Shown here one piece after another: positions 40,883 through 50,380 of a stretch of DNA of 64,000 bases. Both the position numbers and the translations under genes were made by a program. Position 1 is the stretch's first letter; every line of letters starts with the position of its first letter. This DNA is from Nitrospirota bacterium (GTDB lineage: Bacteria; Nitrospirota; Thermodesulfovibrionia; Thermodesulfovibrionales; JdFR-88). Location: assembly GCA_021813765.1 (NCBI GenBank), contig JAKAJM010000004.1:4776-68775 (forward strand), written 5' to 3'. The notes beneath the pieces were generated by a model. That model was given only the letters and a program-made list of their open reading frames with translations. It was not told where the DNA came from and did not search any database.

Positions 40883-41051
40883 TGGTTACAGTGCAGCGCC
40901 GGAAAGAAAAAACTTGTCCATCAAAAACTGCACTTAAGACTGATTCCGGCACTATTGCAGATTCCAGTATGCATCATTGGGAACCTGCTGTCTAGGAGGG
41001 AAAGTGATCAGAGGGGACTGGAAAATTTCATAAAGTTTCCTTTTGTCAGCT

Positions 41052-43067
41052 TTACATGGGCACGCCGCTTCCGGAGGGGGTTATGGAAACCGGCAATACC
41101 TTCACGGTCTTGTCCCCCAGAGGCAGCTTGACCGTGAACCGGCTGCCACTGCCCAACTCGCTTTCGACATCGAAAAAGCCATTGTGGCTCTGCACGATCT
41201 TGTAGCTTATTGGCAGGCCAAGCCCCGTGCCTTTTTCGTTTTTCGTGGTGAAGAAAGGCTCGAATATCCGGCCCATGATCTCCTCCGGGATGCCTTTTCC
41301 TGTATCCGATATCTGGATATTTGCGAAGTCCCCGCTTACGAAGGTCCTTACGCCAAGGGTGCCTGATTTGCCCATGGCAAAAACGGCATTGCTGGCCAGG
41401 TTCAAAAAGACCTGCTTCAACTGGTCCTCGTCGCCCTTTATCGGAGGGATATTGCCCCAGTCGGCGGCTATGGTTATGCGTGAGTCCTTGGTCTGGACGC
41501 CTATCAGCTCTATCACGCTTTCCAGGACCTTGTTTATGTCCACCAGTCCCACCTTGAGGGGCTTTTTGCGCGAGAACTCAAGGAGGCTGTTCACGATGTC
41601 CCGTGCTCTCAGGGACTCCTTTTCGATTATGTCGAGGTCGCGCCGGATGTTGTTTATGTCCTCGTCTTCCCTCATGAGCTCCGCGTAGCCCAGGATGCTT
41701 GTAAGGGGGTTGTTTATCTCATGGGCCACGTTGGAGGCCAGCTCGCCTATGGCCGCGAACTTTGCTGCCTGCACAAGCTGCTCCTGCGTGTCCTTGAGCT
41801 CCTTCATCTGGAGCCTCAGGCTTTCCCACAGCCTCACGTTCTCAAGCGCCACGAAAAAACTGTTTCCGAGGATCGCCATAAGCCGTGCGTCTTCCTCCGT
41901 GAAGTCCCCGGTCTTTTTGTTTGCCACCCTCATCACGCCCATGGGCTTCCCCTTGTGTCCTACCCAGACGAACATGGCGTTGCGGACCCCAAGCTGAGTG
42001 TCCATGGCCGCCGTGGGGGACCCCTGCAGGTCATCGTTTAAGATAAGGGGCCTCCTCATCGAGGAATGATAAAGCTCCTCCATGAGCCGGGAGCTTATTT
42101 TCATCGCCTTCGCATTTTCCTCCGTGATTCCGCAGGCGGGATACATGTGGCTGAAAAACTCCCCGCCCTCGTCCCGCAGCAGGATGCCGCTTTGCTCCGA
42201 CTCGGTGAGGTTCCGGACGCCCTCGGACAGCTCCTTGAGTATATCGGTTAGAGAGGAGACGGAATGGAAAGTTATGGTGATGCTGTAGAGGTTGGACAGG
42301 TTGTGGAGATACCTGAGTATCTTCCCGTTTGAGTCCTTCAGGGTGAGGCTCATGTCATTAAATGAATCAATAAGCTCGCCAAACTCCCCTTTGCCTTTGA
42401 ACGGGATGACGTAGCCAAGCTCACCGGATTTTATATGTCTGGTCGCCCCGACCAGCGCGTTAACGGGGGCGGTTATCTGTCTTGTCATCGTGACGGCGAT
42501 TACCAGCGCGATGCAGAATGAGAGCAGCAGGGTGACCAGGAGGATGATCCTGGAGTTGCCGATCTGCTGCATCACGTCAAGGGTCTCGTCGTTAAGCTTG
42601 TTGTTGGCTATGAGCGCCATCTCCCGGGACTTGTCCAGCAGCATGGTGCCTATGCCTATTGCGGTCATCCGGAGCTTCTCGATCCGCCCCGGGCTTGCGG
42701 TGGTCGTTATCAGGTTGCTCAGGGCGTCCTTGTAATTTTCCGCCAACTGGTTTATCTCGGTCAGGCGGGCTGTCATCTGTGGAGTATGATGGCAGCCCAG
42801 GCATATGTGGACGGAGTTGTCCAGGTGGATCACGTTCTTGACTATCTCATCGACGCCGGTGTCGTAAGGCGTGCCTATGGTGTAGAGATGGGTCTGGACG
42901 GTCTGGGCGCTTATGACCAGGTTCTGTCTTATTATCTCCACCCTGTGCAGCGCGATGAGAGTGCGCAGGCTGAAGGTGGTGCGGTATATGTAAAGTATCG
43001 TGAGCGTCGAGCCCAGGGTGAAGAGCGTGAAGAGGAGAAAAAGGGAATATATGAGCCTTTTTTTCAT
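41052..43067 (-). CDS. Sensor histidine kinase (periplasmic domain with a CXXCH motif, HAMP, GAF-like, HisKA, HATPase_c)
   Basis: 671 aa with two transmembrane segments flanking a ~135-aa periplasmic domain that contains HICLGCHH. H-box HEINNPLTSILGY and G-box GTGLGL are present. It overlaps the upstream binding-protein gene by 4 nt. Confidence 0.88.
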   Translation of the reverse strand: MKKRLIYSLFLLFTLFTLGSTLTILYIYRTTFSLRTLIALHRVEIIRQNLVISAQTVQTHLYTIGTPYDTGVDEIVKNVIHLDNSVHICLGCHHTPQMTARLTEINQLAENYKDALSNLITTTASPGRIEKLRMTAIGIGTMLLDKSREMALIANNKLNDETLDVMQQIGNSRIILLVTLLLSFCIALVIAVTMTRQITAPVNALVGATRHIKSGELGYVIPFKGKGEFGELIDSFNDMSLTLKDSNGKILRYLHNLSNLYSITITFHSVSSLTDILKELSEGVRNLTESEQSGILLRDEGGEFFSHMYPACGITEENAKAMKISSRLMEELYHSSMRRPLILNDDLQGSPTAAMDTQLGVRNAMFVWVGHKGKPMGVMRVANKKTGDFTEEDARLMAILGNSFFVALENVRLWESLRLQMKELKDTQEQLVQAAKFAAIGELASNVAHEINNPLTSILGYAELMREDEDINNIRRDLDIIEKESLRARDIVNSLLEFSRKKPLKVGLVDINKVLESVIELIGVQTKDSRITIAADWGNIPPIKGDEDQLKQVFLNLASNAVFAMGKSGTLGVRTFVSGDFANIQISDTGKGIPEEIMGRIFEPFFTTKNEKGTGLGLPISYKIVQSHNGFFDVESELGSGSRFTVKLPLGDKTVKVLPVSITPSGSGVPM

Positions 43068-43948
43068 CTTTCGTACCGGTAATCCGGTATTTTTATGCCC
43101 GCCTCGCCTGCCAGCCTTGCGACGGGGGCAAAATCGGAGCCTTTCGCCAGCTCAAAACCCGAGTACCGGAGGGACCTCAGTACACGTATGCCGTCGGGGT
43201 CGTTGCTCATGTTTATAAGTGTGCGCTCAAGCAGCGCCCTGGTTGCCGGGGGGAAGCCCTTTCTCAGGCAAAATATGATATCGGGCAATTTGCGCGACCT
43301 GGACAGGATAAAAAGGCGCTCCGCAACCAGAGGGTCCTGGGCGGAAAGCTTCTCGAAGTAACGGCTTTTGGCGAGTCCCACATCGGCCCCGCCGTTGAGG
43401 ACCGAATATATGGCTTCCTCATTGTTGCCGGTAAAGTAATGCCCGCTGAAAAAACTCTCCCGGGCCGGGCCCCTTACGCCCAGGCGGCGCAACTGGTAAA
43501 GCATGTAAACATAGCTTGCCGAGGCCTTGTCCACGAATACAGCACGTTTTCCCTTGAGCTGCCGCAAAGAGTGTATCCCGCTGTCTTTTCTCACGAATAT
43601 GACGCTTCGCGCCGTTACAAGCCCCCCGGGCCCTATCGGCCGCACGAGGGGTTTTACTCCCAGTTTGATCCTTGCCAGATAGCCCGTGAAGGCGCCAAAA
43701 AATGCCCCGTCCATGCGCTTGGAGTTGAACTCATCTATGATGTCGCCGTAGCGTGGAAGCACAGTGAACCGGACCTTTATACCCGTTTTTCTTTCTATGT
43801 ACCTGGCCAGGGGAAGATTCTGCTCGACAAGGCGGAATATGTTTTCTTCCGGGACGAGCCCCACAATGATGGTCTTTTCAGCCGCGGCCGCGCTGGCCGC
43901 AGCAAGAAGAAAAAAGCTGAAAAAAACTAAAAAAGCCTTTTTTTTCAT
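43064..43948 (-). CDS. PhnD-like periplasmic substrate-binding protein (phosphonate/phosphate ABC-type fold)
   Basis: 294 aa with a signal peptide and PhnD-type motifs (IIVGLVPEE...YGDIIDEFNSKRMDGAFFG). No ABC permease or ATPase gene is adjacent. It is translationally coupled to the kinase. Confidence 0.75.
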   Translation of the reverse strand: MKKKAFLVFFSFFLLAAASAAAAEKTIIVGLVPEENIFRLVEQNLPLARYIERKTGIKVRFTVLPRYGDIIDEFNSKRMDGAFFGAFTGYLARIKLGVKPLVRPIGPGGLVTARSVIFVRKDSGIHSLRQLKGKRAVFVDKASASYVYMLYQLRRLGVRGPARESFFSGHYFTGNNEEAIYSVLNGGADVGLAKSRYFEKLSAQDPLVAERLFILSRSRKLPDIIFCLRKGFPPATRALLERTLINMSNDPDGIRVLRSLRYSGFELAKGSDFAPVARLAGEAGIKIPDYRYER

Positions 43949-44031
43949 TTCATTTCAATCTGGAAAACCAAAAAACAAAAAACCCACGGGTAACATATTA
44001 TACCGGACATTGCCCGTTCAGGAGACCTTTT

Positions 44032-45540
44032 TCATTTTTTGTTTTTAAGGGCCAGAAGCAGGGCCTCAGCTTTTTTAAGGCTCTCCCTGTACTCCCTTTC
44101 CGCTACGGAGTCGGCCACAATGCCCGCCCCGGCCTGTATATGGGCCAAGCCGTTTTTTATCAGGAAGGTCCTTATCATAATGTTCATATCCATCGCCCCG
44201 GAGAACCCGAAATATCCGGCGGAGCCGGTGTATGCCCCCCTCCTTACGGGCTCCAGCTCGTTTATTATCTCCATGCACCTCACCTTGGGCACACCCGTAA
44301 TGGTGCCGCCTGGAAATGCGGCCCTCAGGCAGTCGAACATGTCCTTCCCCGGGGCCAGCCGCCCTTTCACATTGGACACTATGTGCATGACGTGCGAATA
44401 ATCCTCCGTGGTCATGAGTTCGTCCACTTCCACGCTGCCCAGTTCCGACACCTTGCCGATATCGTTTCTCTCAAGGTCCACAAGCATGATGTGCTCGGCT
44501 TTTTCCTTTTCATTCAGGAGAAGCTCCGCCCTCATGGCGCGGTCCTCGCCCCCGTCTTTTCCCCTGGGCCTCGTGCCGGCTATGGGGCGGGTCTCGATCG
44601 TCCCGTCCTTCACCTTCACGAGCCGCTCGGGGGAGGAGCCGGCCACATGAAAATCGCCAAACTCCATGAAGGCTGCGAAAGGGGAAGGATTTATCTGCCT
44701 GAGGCGGCAGTATATATCCCAGGGGGTGGCCCCCTCCAGCCGCGCACAGAGCCTTAGCGAGAGGTTTGCCTGGAATATATCGCCTGCTGCGATGTACTCC
44801 TTGGCCCTTGTTACCATGGCGGCATACTCGGCTTCGGTCATCTGGTGGAGCGCAGGGCCGGCCCCGCAAAGCGTTCCGGCCTCTGTTTCCACCGGAGCAT
44901 CCTGGGAAGCTGATATCTGTTTTTGTATTTTTTTGAAGATGCGCTCCATCTGCATGACGGAGCTATCGTAAACTTCCGGCCAGTCGAGACCTGAGATGTC
45001 TCCATAACCCAGGCCTGACTCCTTTGCCCCCGGGCAGAATACCAGCCACGCCTTTTCAAGAGCATGGTTGAAGGCCAGAAGACGGTCTGCCATCACGAAG
45101 CAGAGGTCGGGAAGGAGGAGGTCGTCTTTTTTGTCGGGTATATCCTCCAGATACCTGGCGTAATCATAGCAGATGAGTCCAGCTGCGCCCCCCTGAAAAG
45201 GCGGCAGCGAAGGTTCCGGCCTTTGCCGGTAGCCGCTGACAAAATCTTTCAGCCGGGCGAGGGGGTCTTTCTTCGAGGATATCGCGCGTTTCCCCCCGGA
45301 TTCCACCTCCACAAGCCCGTCTTTGGCCCGGAAAAAGGCATAAGGCTCAAAAATGATAAAAGAGTTTAGTTCCCTTTCCTGCGCCAGGTTGGCGCTTTCA
45401 AAAAGGATGCTTCCCTTGCCCGAAAAGGCCGGGTAAAGCCGGTGAGGCGCAGCGTATTGGACCTGGAGATAAAGAGGAGGCACCACACCTTTTTTTATTT
45501 CCTTTAGGAAGTCCGTTTTGGAAGGTAAGATCATGCTCAT
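44032..45540 (-). CDS. Chorismate-binding enzyme: aminodeoxychorismate / anthranilate synthase component I
   Basis: 502 aa with SPERL, PGGTITGVPKVR and GAYTGSAGYF motifs. No trp genes are adjacent, so a PabB-like role is plausible (inference). Confidence 0.85.
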   Translation of the reverse strand: MSMILPSKTDFLKEIKKGVVPPLYLQVQYAAPHRLYPAFSGKGSILFESANLAQERELNSFIIFEPYAFFRAKDGLVEVESGGKRAISSKKDPLARLKDFVSGYRQRPEPSLPPFQGGAAGLICYDYARYLEDIPDKKDDLLLPDLCFVMADRLLAFNHALEKAWLVFCPGAKESGLGYGDISGLDWPEVYDSSVMQMERIFKKIQKQISASQDAPVETEAGTLCGAGPALHQMTEAEYAAMVTRAKEYIAAGDIFQANLSLRLCARLEGATPWDIYCRLRQINPSPFAAFMEFGDFHVAGSSPERLVKVKDGTIETRPIAGTRPRGKDGGEDRAMRAELLLNEKEKAEHIMLVDLERNDIGKVSELGSVEVDELMTTEDYSHVMHIVSNVKGRLAPGKDMFDCLRAAFPGGTITGVPKVRCMEIINELEPVRRGAYTGSAGYFGFSGAMDMNIMIRTFLIKNGLAHIQAGAGIVADSVAEREYRESLKKAEALLLALKNKK

Positions 45541-45593
45541 CCCGCAACGCTTTTTTTTGGGCCGGCCTGAAAAGTTTTTTGTTTTTGTGGTTT

Positions 45594-46316
45594 TTATCCG
45601 CCCGTGCCGATGTCCATGCAGATCTGCTCAAGCGCCTTTTCCGGGTCCGGATGGTTTGTCACGGCCCGTCCCAGCACTATGAAATCAGCCCCGGCCCTCA
45701 AGGCCTCTGCCGCTGTCATGGTCCTTTTCTGGTCATCCGGAGGGTAGGTGGAAGGCCGGATTCCAGGGGTCACGATGAGGAACCCGCGGCCCAGGTGCTC
45801 TTTTATCATAGGGGCCTCCTGTCCGCTTGCAACCACGCCGTCCAATCCGGAGCGCTTGGCAAGGCTGGCAAGATGTTTCACATGGGTCCTCAGACTGTGC
45901 TGCACTCCAAGCTCCGTCTTAAGGACATCCCCGTTCTGGCTTGTAAGGACGGTGACAGCAAGCACCAGCGGCCTGGGGCGGTCCTCCTTCAGGCTGAACG
46001 CCACCACCTCGTCCCTAACCCTGAGCATGGCCTCGGACCCCGCGGACGCGTGCACATTGAACATGAAGACCCCAAGCCTGGCCGCTGCGCGCGCGGCCTT
46101 GGCCACCGTGGTGGGGATGTCATGGAACTTGAGGTCCAGGAAGACTTTTTTACCCCTGTCCTGGATCTCCTTCACCGCGGAGGGGCCTTCCGCGGTGAAA
46201 AGCTCAAGCCCCACCTTGAAGATATCTATGTGTCCGCTCAGCCGGTCAACTATCTCCAGCGCCCTGGATCTGTTGTCCACGTCAAGGGCAAGGATCAGTT
46301 TTTGTTTCGCGGTCAT
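45594..46316 (-). CDS. pyrF: Orotidine-5'-phosphate decarboxylase
   Basis: Track ORF trimmed to MTAKQKLILALDV... at 46316. Motifs DLKFHDIPTT and the IVLGRAV tail are present. Confidence 0.9.
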   Translation of the reverse strand: MTAKQKLILALDVDNRSRALEIVDRLSGHIDIFKVGLELFTAEGPSAVKEIQDRGKKVFLDLKFHDIPTTVAKAARAAARLGVFMFNVHASAGSEAMLRVRDEVVAFSLKEDRPRPLVLAVTVLTSQNGDVLKTELGVQHSLRTHVKHLASLAKRSGLDGVVASGQEAPMIKEHLGRGFLIVTPGIRPSTYPPDDQKRTMTAAEALRAGADFIVLGRAVTNHPDPEKALEQICMDIGTGG

Positions 46317-46345
46317 ATTTCCGATTTGATCTGATTTTAATTTTT

Positions 46346-46918
46346 TTACGTTTTGGAGTAGGTTATACCTTTTTGCGCCTGGTACTTCCCGGCCTTGTCC
46401 GCATAAGAGACCTGGCATGCCTCATGCGCGCCGAGGAACACGAGCTGGGAGATGCCCTCCCCGGCATAGATCCTTACGGGCATGGGGCCAGTGTTCGATA
46501 TCGAGATGGTCACGAAACCCTCCCATTCCGGCTCAAGTGGGGTCACGTTCACTATCACCCCACATCTGGCATAGGTCGATTTCCCCGTGCTTAGAACTAT
46601 GATATCCCTGGGCAGCCTGAAATATTCCAGCGAGCGGCCAAGGACGAACGAGCCGGGCGGGATGACGCAGCTCGGGCCGTTTGCAGGCTCGAAACACTCA
46701 GGCCCGCAATTTTTCGGGTCCAGGATATTTTTGTTTTCCCCCGGCTCCTGGGTCCTGCGGGCCTTGAAGACCCTGAACTCATCGGAAAGCCGCATGTCAT
46801 ATCCATAAGAGCCCAAGCCATAGGAAATGCCGGTTTTTACCAGCATTCTGTCCGCAAACGGCTCTATCATGCCCTTTTGAGCCATTTCCTTTATCCAACG
46901 GTCATTTTTTACCATCAA
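46346..46918 (-). CDS. dcd: dCTP deaminase
   Basis: 190 aa with dUTPase-fold Dcd sequence (GYDMRLSDEFRVF..., ISQLVF). Confidence 0.9.
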   Translation of the reverse strand: MMVKNDRWIKEMAQKGMIEPFADRMLVKTGISYGLGSYGYDMRLSDEFRVFKARRTQEPGENKNILDPKNCGPECFEPANGPSCVIPPGSFVLGRSLEYFRLPRDIIVLSTGKSTYARCGVIVNVTPLEPEWEGFVTISISNTGPMPVRIYAGEGISQLVFLGAHEACQVSYADKAGKYQAQKGITYSKT

Positions 46919-47399
46919 ATCAAAATTAACATAAACAACAGTTTAAAAACAATGCCTGCTGCTTACATTTATTAATTGCTAAAAAGGGCCATTTTCTGCT
47001 ATAAAAGGATGAAGGGGTTGGACAAATTTGGAGCCTGCCCTGTACGTGACGGCTATGATGTTAATCCACCAAGTTAGATCTTTAGGGAGCTGGAATAAGG
47101 GGGTACGGTGAGCAAGTCTTCCTTCGAGGAGAAAGCCTGATGTCTCCCTTGGGGCACCCACTTGGAACGAGTGGATCTAACGCGTTTGCCTGCACGGCAG
47201 GGCGGGTTTTATTTATGGCTCTGGTTGAAAATGCCTTCGGTATAGAGGGGGGACTGGTGATTTTGAAAGCGCAAAGTGTTAAAAAAACAATAAAATTTCC
47301 CCTCATGCAAGTCCCCGGATATTCCGGTTAAGACCGAAGGACCTTCCCATAGCTGATTCGTCCGGCTCCCTATATATATATGAGAGGAGGGAGTTTCAG

Positions 47400-48947
47400 A
47401 TGAACCAGGCTCTCTACGTCATCATTGCCGTTGCCGTAGGCGCAGTTATCGGCTTGGCTTACAAGTTCTCCCTGAACCGAAAATCGGAAAACATCAGGAA
47501 GGAAGCGGAAGACCTTATCGCGTCGGCAAAAAGTGATGCCGACAGGATAAGGAAAGACGCTTCTTACGAGGCAAAAGGCATCCTTTACCAGGCGCGCGCC
47601 GAGTTGGAGAAAGAATCCAAGGACAGGAGGGGTGAGCTCCAGCATCTTGAGAAAAGGCTGAGGGGCAAGGAAGAGACCCTTGAGAGGAAACAGGACCAGT
47701 TAGAGCGCAGGGAGCACGAGTTCGGGCGCCGCGAAAAAGACCTTGTGGCCAGGGACCGCGCCATTCAGGGCAAGGAAAAGCAGGTGGATGAGGCCATCGC
47801 CAGGCAGAAGACGGTTCTGGAGCAGCTCTCCGGCCTGAGCACCGAAGAGGCAAAGGCAGAGCTGCTGAGGCGGGTCGAGGAGGATACGCGTTTCGAGTCC
47901 GCAAAATTCGCAAAGCAGATAGAGGACGAGGCGCGAGAGACGGCCGAGAAAAAGGCAAAAGAGATAATAGGGCTTGCTGTGCAGCGTTATGCAAGCGATT
48001 ATGTGACCGACGCGACGGTCTCTGCCGTAAGCCTTCCAAGCGATGATATGAAGGGCAGGATCATAGGCCGGGAAGGCAGGAACATCCGTGCGCTGGAAGC
48101 GGCCACTGGCGTTGACCTCATAGTGGACGACACGCCCGAGACCATAATACTCTCCACTTTCAACCCGGTCCGGAGGGAAGTGGCAAGGCTGGCCCTGGAG
48201 CGGCTCATAGCGGACGGCCGGATCCACCCGGCGCGGATAGAGGAGATCGTCGAGAAGACCAGGAAGGAAGTGGAAAATACCATCCGGGAGGAGGGCGAAA
48301 AAGCCGTGTTCGACCTGGGCCTCTCAGGGATAAATCCCGAGGTCATAAAACTCCTGGGGAGGCTCAAATACCGGACCTCATACGGACAGAACGTGCTTCA
48401 GCACTCCAGGGAGGTCGCCCATTTTGCCGGGGTCATGGCCGCCGAACTGGGCGTTGACGTGAAACTGGCCAAACGGGCAGGGCTGCTGCATGACTTGGGC
48501 AAAGCGGTCGACCACGAGGTGGAAGGCCCTCATCCGGAGATCGGCGCCAACCTGGCAAGGAAATACGGGGAATCCGAGCAGGTCGTGGACGCTATTCTGT
48601 CCCACCACGACGGCGAGGCCAAGACGGTGGAGGCCGCGCTTGTTGCCGCGGCTGACGCCATATCGGCGGCAAGGCCCGGGGTGAGGAGCGAGAGCATAGA
48701 GAATTACCTGAAGAGGCTTGGCAAGCTGGAAGATCTGGCCATGTCGTACAAGGGCGTGGAGAAATGCTACGCCATCCAGGCAGGCCGGGAGGTCCGCATA
48801 ATAGTGAAGCCGGAGGAGGTCACCGACGAGGCGTCCTGGCTGCTTTCAAAGGACCTGGCCAAGAAGATCGAGGCCGAGATGTCCTATCCCGGCCAGATAA
48901 AGGTGACCGTGATAAGGGAAAACAGGTTCGTGGATTACGCGAAATAA
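47400..48947 (+). CDS. rny: Ribonuclease Y
   Basis: 515 aa with an N-terminal transmembrane helix, a coiled coil, KH motif [15 protein letters not shown] and HD motif LLHDLGK. A strong GAGGAGGGAG ribosome-binding site is present. Confidence 0.95.
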   Translation: MNQALYVIIAVAVGAVIGLAYKFSLNRKSENIRKEAEDLIASAKSDADRIRKDASYEAKGILYQARAELEKESKDRRGELQHLEKRLRGKEETLERKQDQLERREHEFGRREKDLVARDRAIQGKEKQVDEAIARQKTVLEQLSGLSTEEAKAELLRRVEEDTRFESAKFAKQIEDEARETAEKKAKEIIGLAVQRYASDYVTDATVSAVSLPSDDMKGRIIGREGRNIRALEAATGVDLIVDDTPETIILSTFNPVRREVARLALERLIADGRIHPARIEEIVEKTRKEVENTIREEGEKAVFDLGLSGINPEVIKLLGRLKYRTSYGQNVLQHSREVAHFAGVMAAELGVDVKLAKRAGLLHDLGKAVDHEVEGPHPEIGANLARKYGESEQVVDAILSHHDGEAKTVEAALVAAADAISAARPGVRSESIENYLKRLGKLEDLAMSYKGVEKCYAIQAGREVRIIVKPEEVTDEASWLLSKDLAKKIEAEMSYPGQIKVTVIRENRFVDYAK

Positions 48948-48967
48948 AATGGAAGAGCGAGCGTATT

Positions 48968-48985
48968 CCTGTGGCTTGCCACAGG
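48968..48985. repeat. Hairpin CCTGTGG-CTTG-CCACAGG, 21 nt after the rny stop
   Basis: 7-bp perfect stem with a CUUG tetraloop, read directly. It is related to the ATTCC...GG hairpin family. Confidence 0.6.
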
Positions 48986-49021
48986 GGCAAGCGGGCGGGT
49001 GTAATAAAATTATTTCTTATT

Positions 49022-49057
49022 TAAGATTCCCTGCGGTGGCTTGCCGCAGGGAATCTT
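49022..49057. repeat. Hairpin AAGATTCCCTGCGG-TGGCTTG-CCGCAGGGAATCTT between rny and ymdB
   Basis: 14-bp perfect inverted repeat. Coordinates are plus or minus 1 because my raw reading disagrees with the ORF track here. Confidence 0.7.
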
Positions 49058-49078
49058 GACACCTGGGCAAGATACCCG

Positions 49079-49861
49079 TTGAAGGTTCTTTTCATAGGGG
49101 ACATAGTGGGCAGGCCGGGCCGCACGGCGGTCAGGGCTCTCCTTCCCAGGCTCATAGACAGAAACAGGATAGATTTCGTTATCGCTAACGGTGAGAACGC
49201 CTCCGGCGGGTTCGGCATAACCGCCGATACCGCAAAAGAGCTGCTCTCCTTTGGCATCGGCGTAATTACAAGCGGCAATCACATCTGGGACAAAAAAGAC
49301 ATCATCCCGTTCATTTCAAAGGAAGACAGGCTGCTTCGCCCCCTGAACTATCCGCCCGGCGCCCCAGGCTTTGGAAGCGTCGTGGTCTTGCTGCCGGACG
49401 GCAGGACCATCGGCGTTATGAATCTGCAGGGGCGGGTGTTCATGAACGCGATCGACTGCCCTTTCAGGGCCGCGGAGGCGGAGATAAAACGTATCCGGCA
49501 GCGCACGACAAGCATAATTGTGGATTTTCACGCGGAGGCTACGTCGGAGAAGGTGGCGCTTGGCTATTACCTGGACGGCAAGGTCAGCGCCGTCATCGGT
49601 ACGCATACGCATGTGCAAACGGCGGATGAGAAGGTGCTGCCCGGAGGCACTGCCTACATCACCGACGCCGGAATGACCGGGCCCGCAGAATCCGTTATCG
49701 GCGTACGGAAGGAGCAGATAGTGGAAAAATTTCTCACCCAGATGCCCGCAAGGTTCGAGATTCCCTCCGGCCCCGTCCTGCTGTCTGCAATTGTCCTGGA
49801 CATAAATGAAAAGGACGGAAAGTGCTCTTCCGTCCTGAGGGTGCAGCTTAGTCATCCCTGA
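49079..49861 (+). CDS. ymdB: YmdB-like metallophosphoesterase (2',3'-cyclic-nucleotide phosphodiesterase family, TIGR00282)
   Basis: 260 aa with FIGDIVGRPGR and GENASGGFGIT. It starts on a non-ATG codon per the ORF track. The rny-ymdB synteny is conserved. Confidence 0.9.
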   Translation: MKVLFIGDIVGRPGRTAVRALLPRLIDRNRIDFVIANGENASGGFGITADTAKELLSFGIGVITSGNHIWDKKDIIPFISKEDRLLRPLNYPPGAPGFGSVVVLLPDGRTIGVMNLQGRVFMNAIDCPFRAAEAEIKRIRQRTTSIIVDFHAEATSEKVALGYYLDGKVSAVIGTHTHVQTADEKVLPGGTAYITDAGMTGPAESVIGVRKEQIVEKFLTQMPARFEIPSGPVLLSAIVLDINEKDGKCSSVLRVQLSHP

Positions 49862-49886
49862 CCTTTTTTGAATGCAATGTAAAAAG

Positions 49887-50066
49887 CTAGTTGCTTGACC
49901 CCACCCTTTTTAAAAGTTCCTTGAGGATTATCTCCTCCCTCTTCAGAGGCGGCTTGGTCTCGTGGCTTTCGGTCTTGTATATTTCCTCCCTGAGATCGGA
50001 AAGATATATCTCAAGCGCGTGTTTAAGTATCTCCCTTTCCTCTTCATCGACGACAATGGTCGGCAT
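49887..50066 (-). CDS. Small hypothetical protein (59 aa; below the ORF-track cutoff)
   Basis: ATG is preceded by GGAGGTG 6-7 nt upstream. The translation is MPTIVVDEEEREILKHALEIYLSDLREEIYKTESHETKPPLKREEIILKELLKRVGSSN. Codon usage (AGG, ATA, GAG, AAG) matches the genome. Confidence 0.55.
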   Translation of the reverse strand: MPTIVVDEEEREILKHALEIYLSDLREEIYKTESHETKPPLKREEIILKELLKRVGSSN

Positions 50067-50380
50067 ATAGCACCTCCTCGCCGCGTTTTTTCCCTTTCCT
50101 CAATCAAATGCTATATCGAAGCCCGGTGGCTGTCAACGCCGGGAACCTGCAAACCGTATTCTCCAAGGAGGGGTACGAAGGCGCAAAAGGTGTGCTCTTC
50201 CTCTATGAGCATGCCTTTTTGCTTTTTCCCCTTGATGAGCCTCTCGGAGTCGATGGACCCGACCGGTATGACGATGTTGCCGCCTTTGGCTGGAACGACA
50301 AATTACACAAGAATGGTTATTAGCCGGATAAGAGCATTTTCTTGTTTTCGGCGCGGGGCACTGCTGGTAAACGCCAGGCT

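Noticed and set aside
49020-49081. An apparent discrepancy between my raw-sequence reading and the ORF-track translations: one T more near 49020 and one G fewer near 49080, which would make the ymdB start look frameshifted.
   Set aside because: The track translations are internally consistent (TTG start at 49079 and a correct stop at 49861). I attribute the discrepancy to my own reading error and not to biology. Coordinates in this span carry an uncertainty of plus or minus 1 nt.
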